Below, piece by piece: positions 63,776 through 64,000 of a stretch of 64,000 nucleotides of DNA. This DNA comes from Bacillota bacterium. Lineage in GTDB: Bacteria > Bacillota > Sulfobacillia > RBS10-35 > JAJYVN01. Location of the stretch: NCBI GenBank assembly GCA_021806565.1, contig JAJZXK010000001.1:100072-164071 (forward strand), written 5' to 3'. The translations under genes and the position numbers were made by a program. A model generated the notes under the pieces. The model was not told where the DNA came from. It saw only the letters and a list, made by a program, of their open reading frames with translations, and did not search any database. How positions within the stretch are numbered: the first letter of the stretch is position 1; every line of letters begins with the position of its first letter.

Positions 63776-64000
63776 AACGCTTGAGCGCCAAGCATCTCCG
63801 AGCATGGTGCCGTACCTCTGCGCCGACTCGGCCGGGGCCAACCGAACTGCTTTGCAGATCTGTAGCAAATATGAACGCCGCGGCAAGGCAGATTCACGAG
63901 GGCGCCGCGGTGGCAATCTCGTTCGTTGTGGCTGAGCGGCGTTCTCCGCCGGATGCGCCGCGGAGTTGGCAGTACCTTCGGACCTTCTATCGAGATAGTT

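Noticed and set aside
63234-63791. Longer form of the zinc-ribbon membrane ORF overlapping tRNA-Sec
   Set aside because: The N-terminal 39 codons would be antisense to the tRNA-Sec gene. An internal Met (MIASAAH) starts just outside the tRNA, giving a non-overlapping 146-aa protein.
1-64000. CRISPR arrays, rRNA genes, tmRNA, RNase P RNA
   Set aside because: No regularly spaced direct repeats of 25-40 nt were seen. No rRNA-like conserved stretches. No tRNA-like 3' end with a GGGG 5' partner, and no GAAAGTCCGG (RNase P) signature in the gene-free intervals inspected.

Overview
This is a high-GC (~70%) bacterial chromosomal window, densely coding. Gene order resembles Firmicutes: recA-recX-rny-ymdB, miaB-mutS-mutL, miaA, a SpoVK-like AAA+ ATPase, an SLH-domain protein and a FemAB protein. 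This is an inference (Thermaerobacter/Symbiobacterium-like lineage), not a database result. Most of the window is housekeeping: DNA repair (recA, recX, mutS, mutL, ogt, cinA), RNA metabolism (rny, thpR, miaA, miaB), a methionine/SAM recycling cluster (ndk-mtnP-ahcY-mtaD), cell-wall genes (SLT, MurJ/SpoVB-like flippase, CE4 deacetylase, FemAB) and a sugar-acid catabolic operon (IlvD/EDD dehydratase, SIS isomerase, flavin reductase). Two tRNAs are present: tRNA-Pro(GGG) on the minus strand at 33333..33409 and a 95-nt tRNA-Sec (anticodon UCA) at 63681..63775. The most interesting points are: (1) a trypsin-like HtrA protease gene that appears split into an N-terminal fragment and a C-terminal body, separated by a 3.77-kb segment flanked by an exact 9-bp direct repeat. 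(2) A CysO-like sulfur-carrier domain ending in Gly-Gly, fused in frame to a MoeZ-type E1+rhodanese, followed by cysteine synthase and a JAMM (Mec+-like) protease. (3) A decayed, lower-GC island of small unknown ORFs with an amber-interrupted XRE regulator abutting the 3' end of tRNA-Pro. (4) A frameshifted IS605-family TnpB element inserted behind the ymdB terminator. (5) An uncharacterised operon of a 466-aa unknown protein, a GT2 glycosyltransferase, a membrane-anchored protein and an FtsH-like protease. (6) A very Cys-rich protein between mutL and miaA. At this GC content all six frames stay open for long stretches; many long antisense ORFs in the supplied track were judged spurious.
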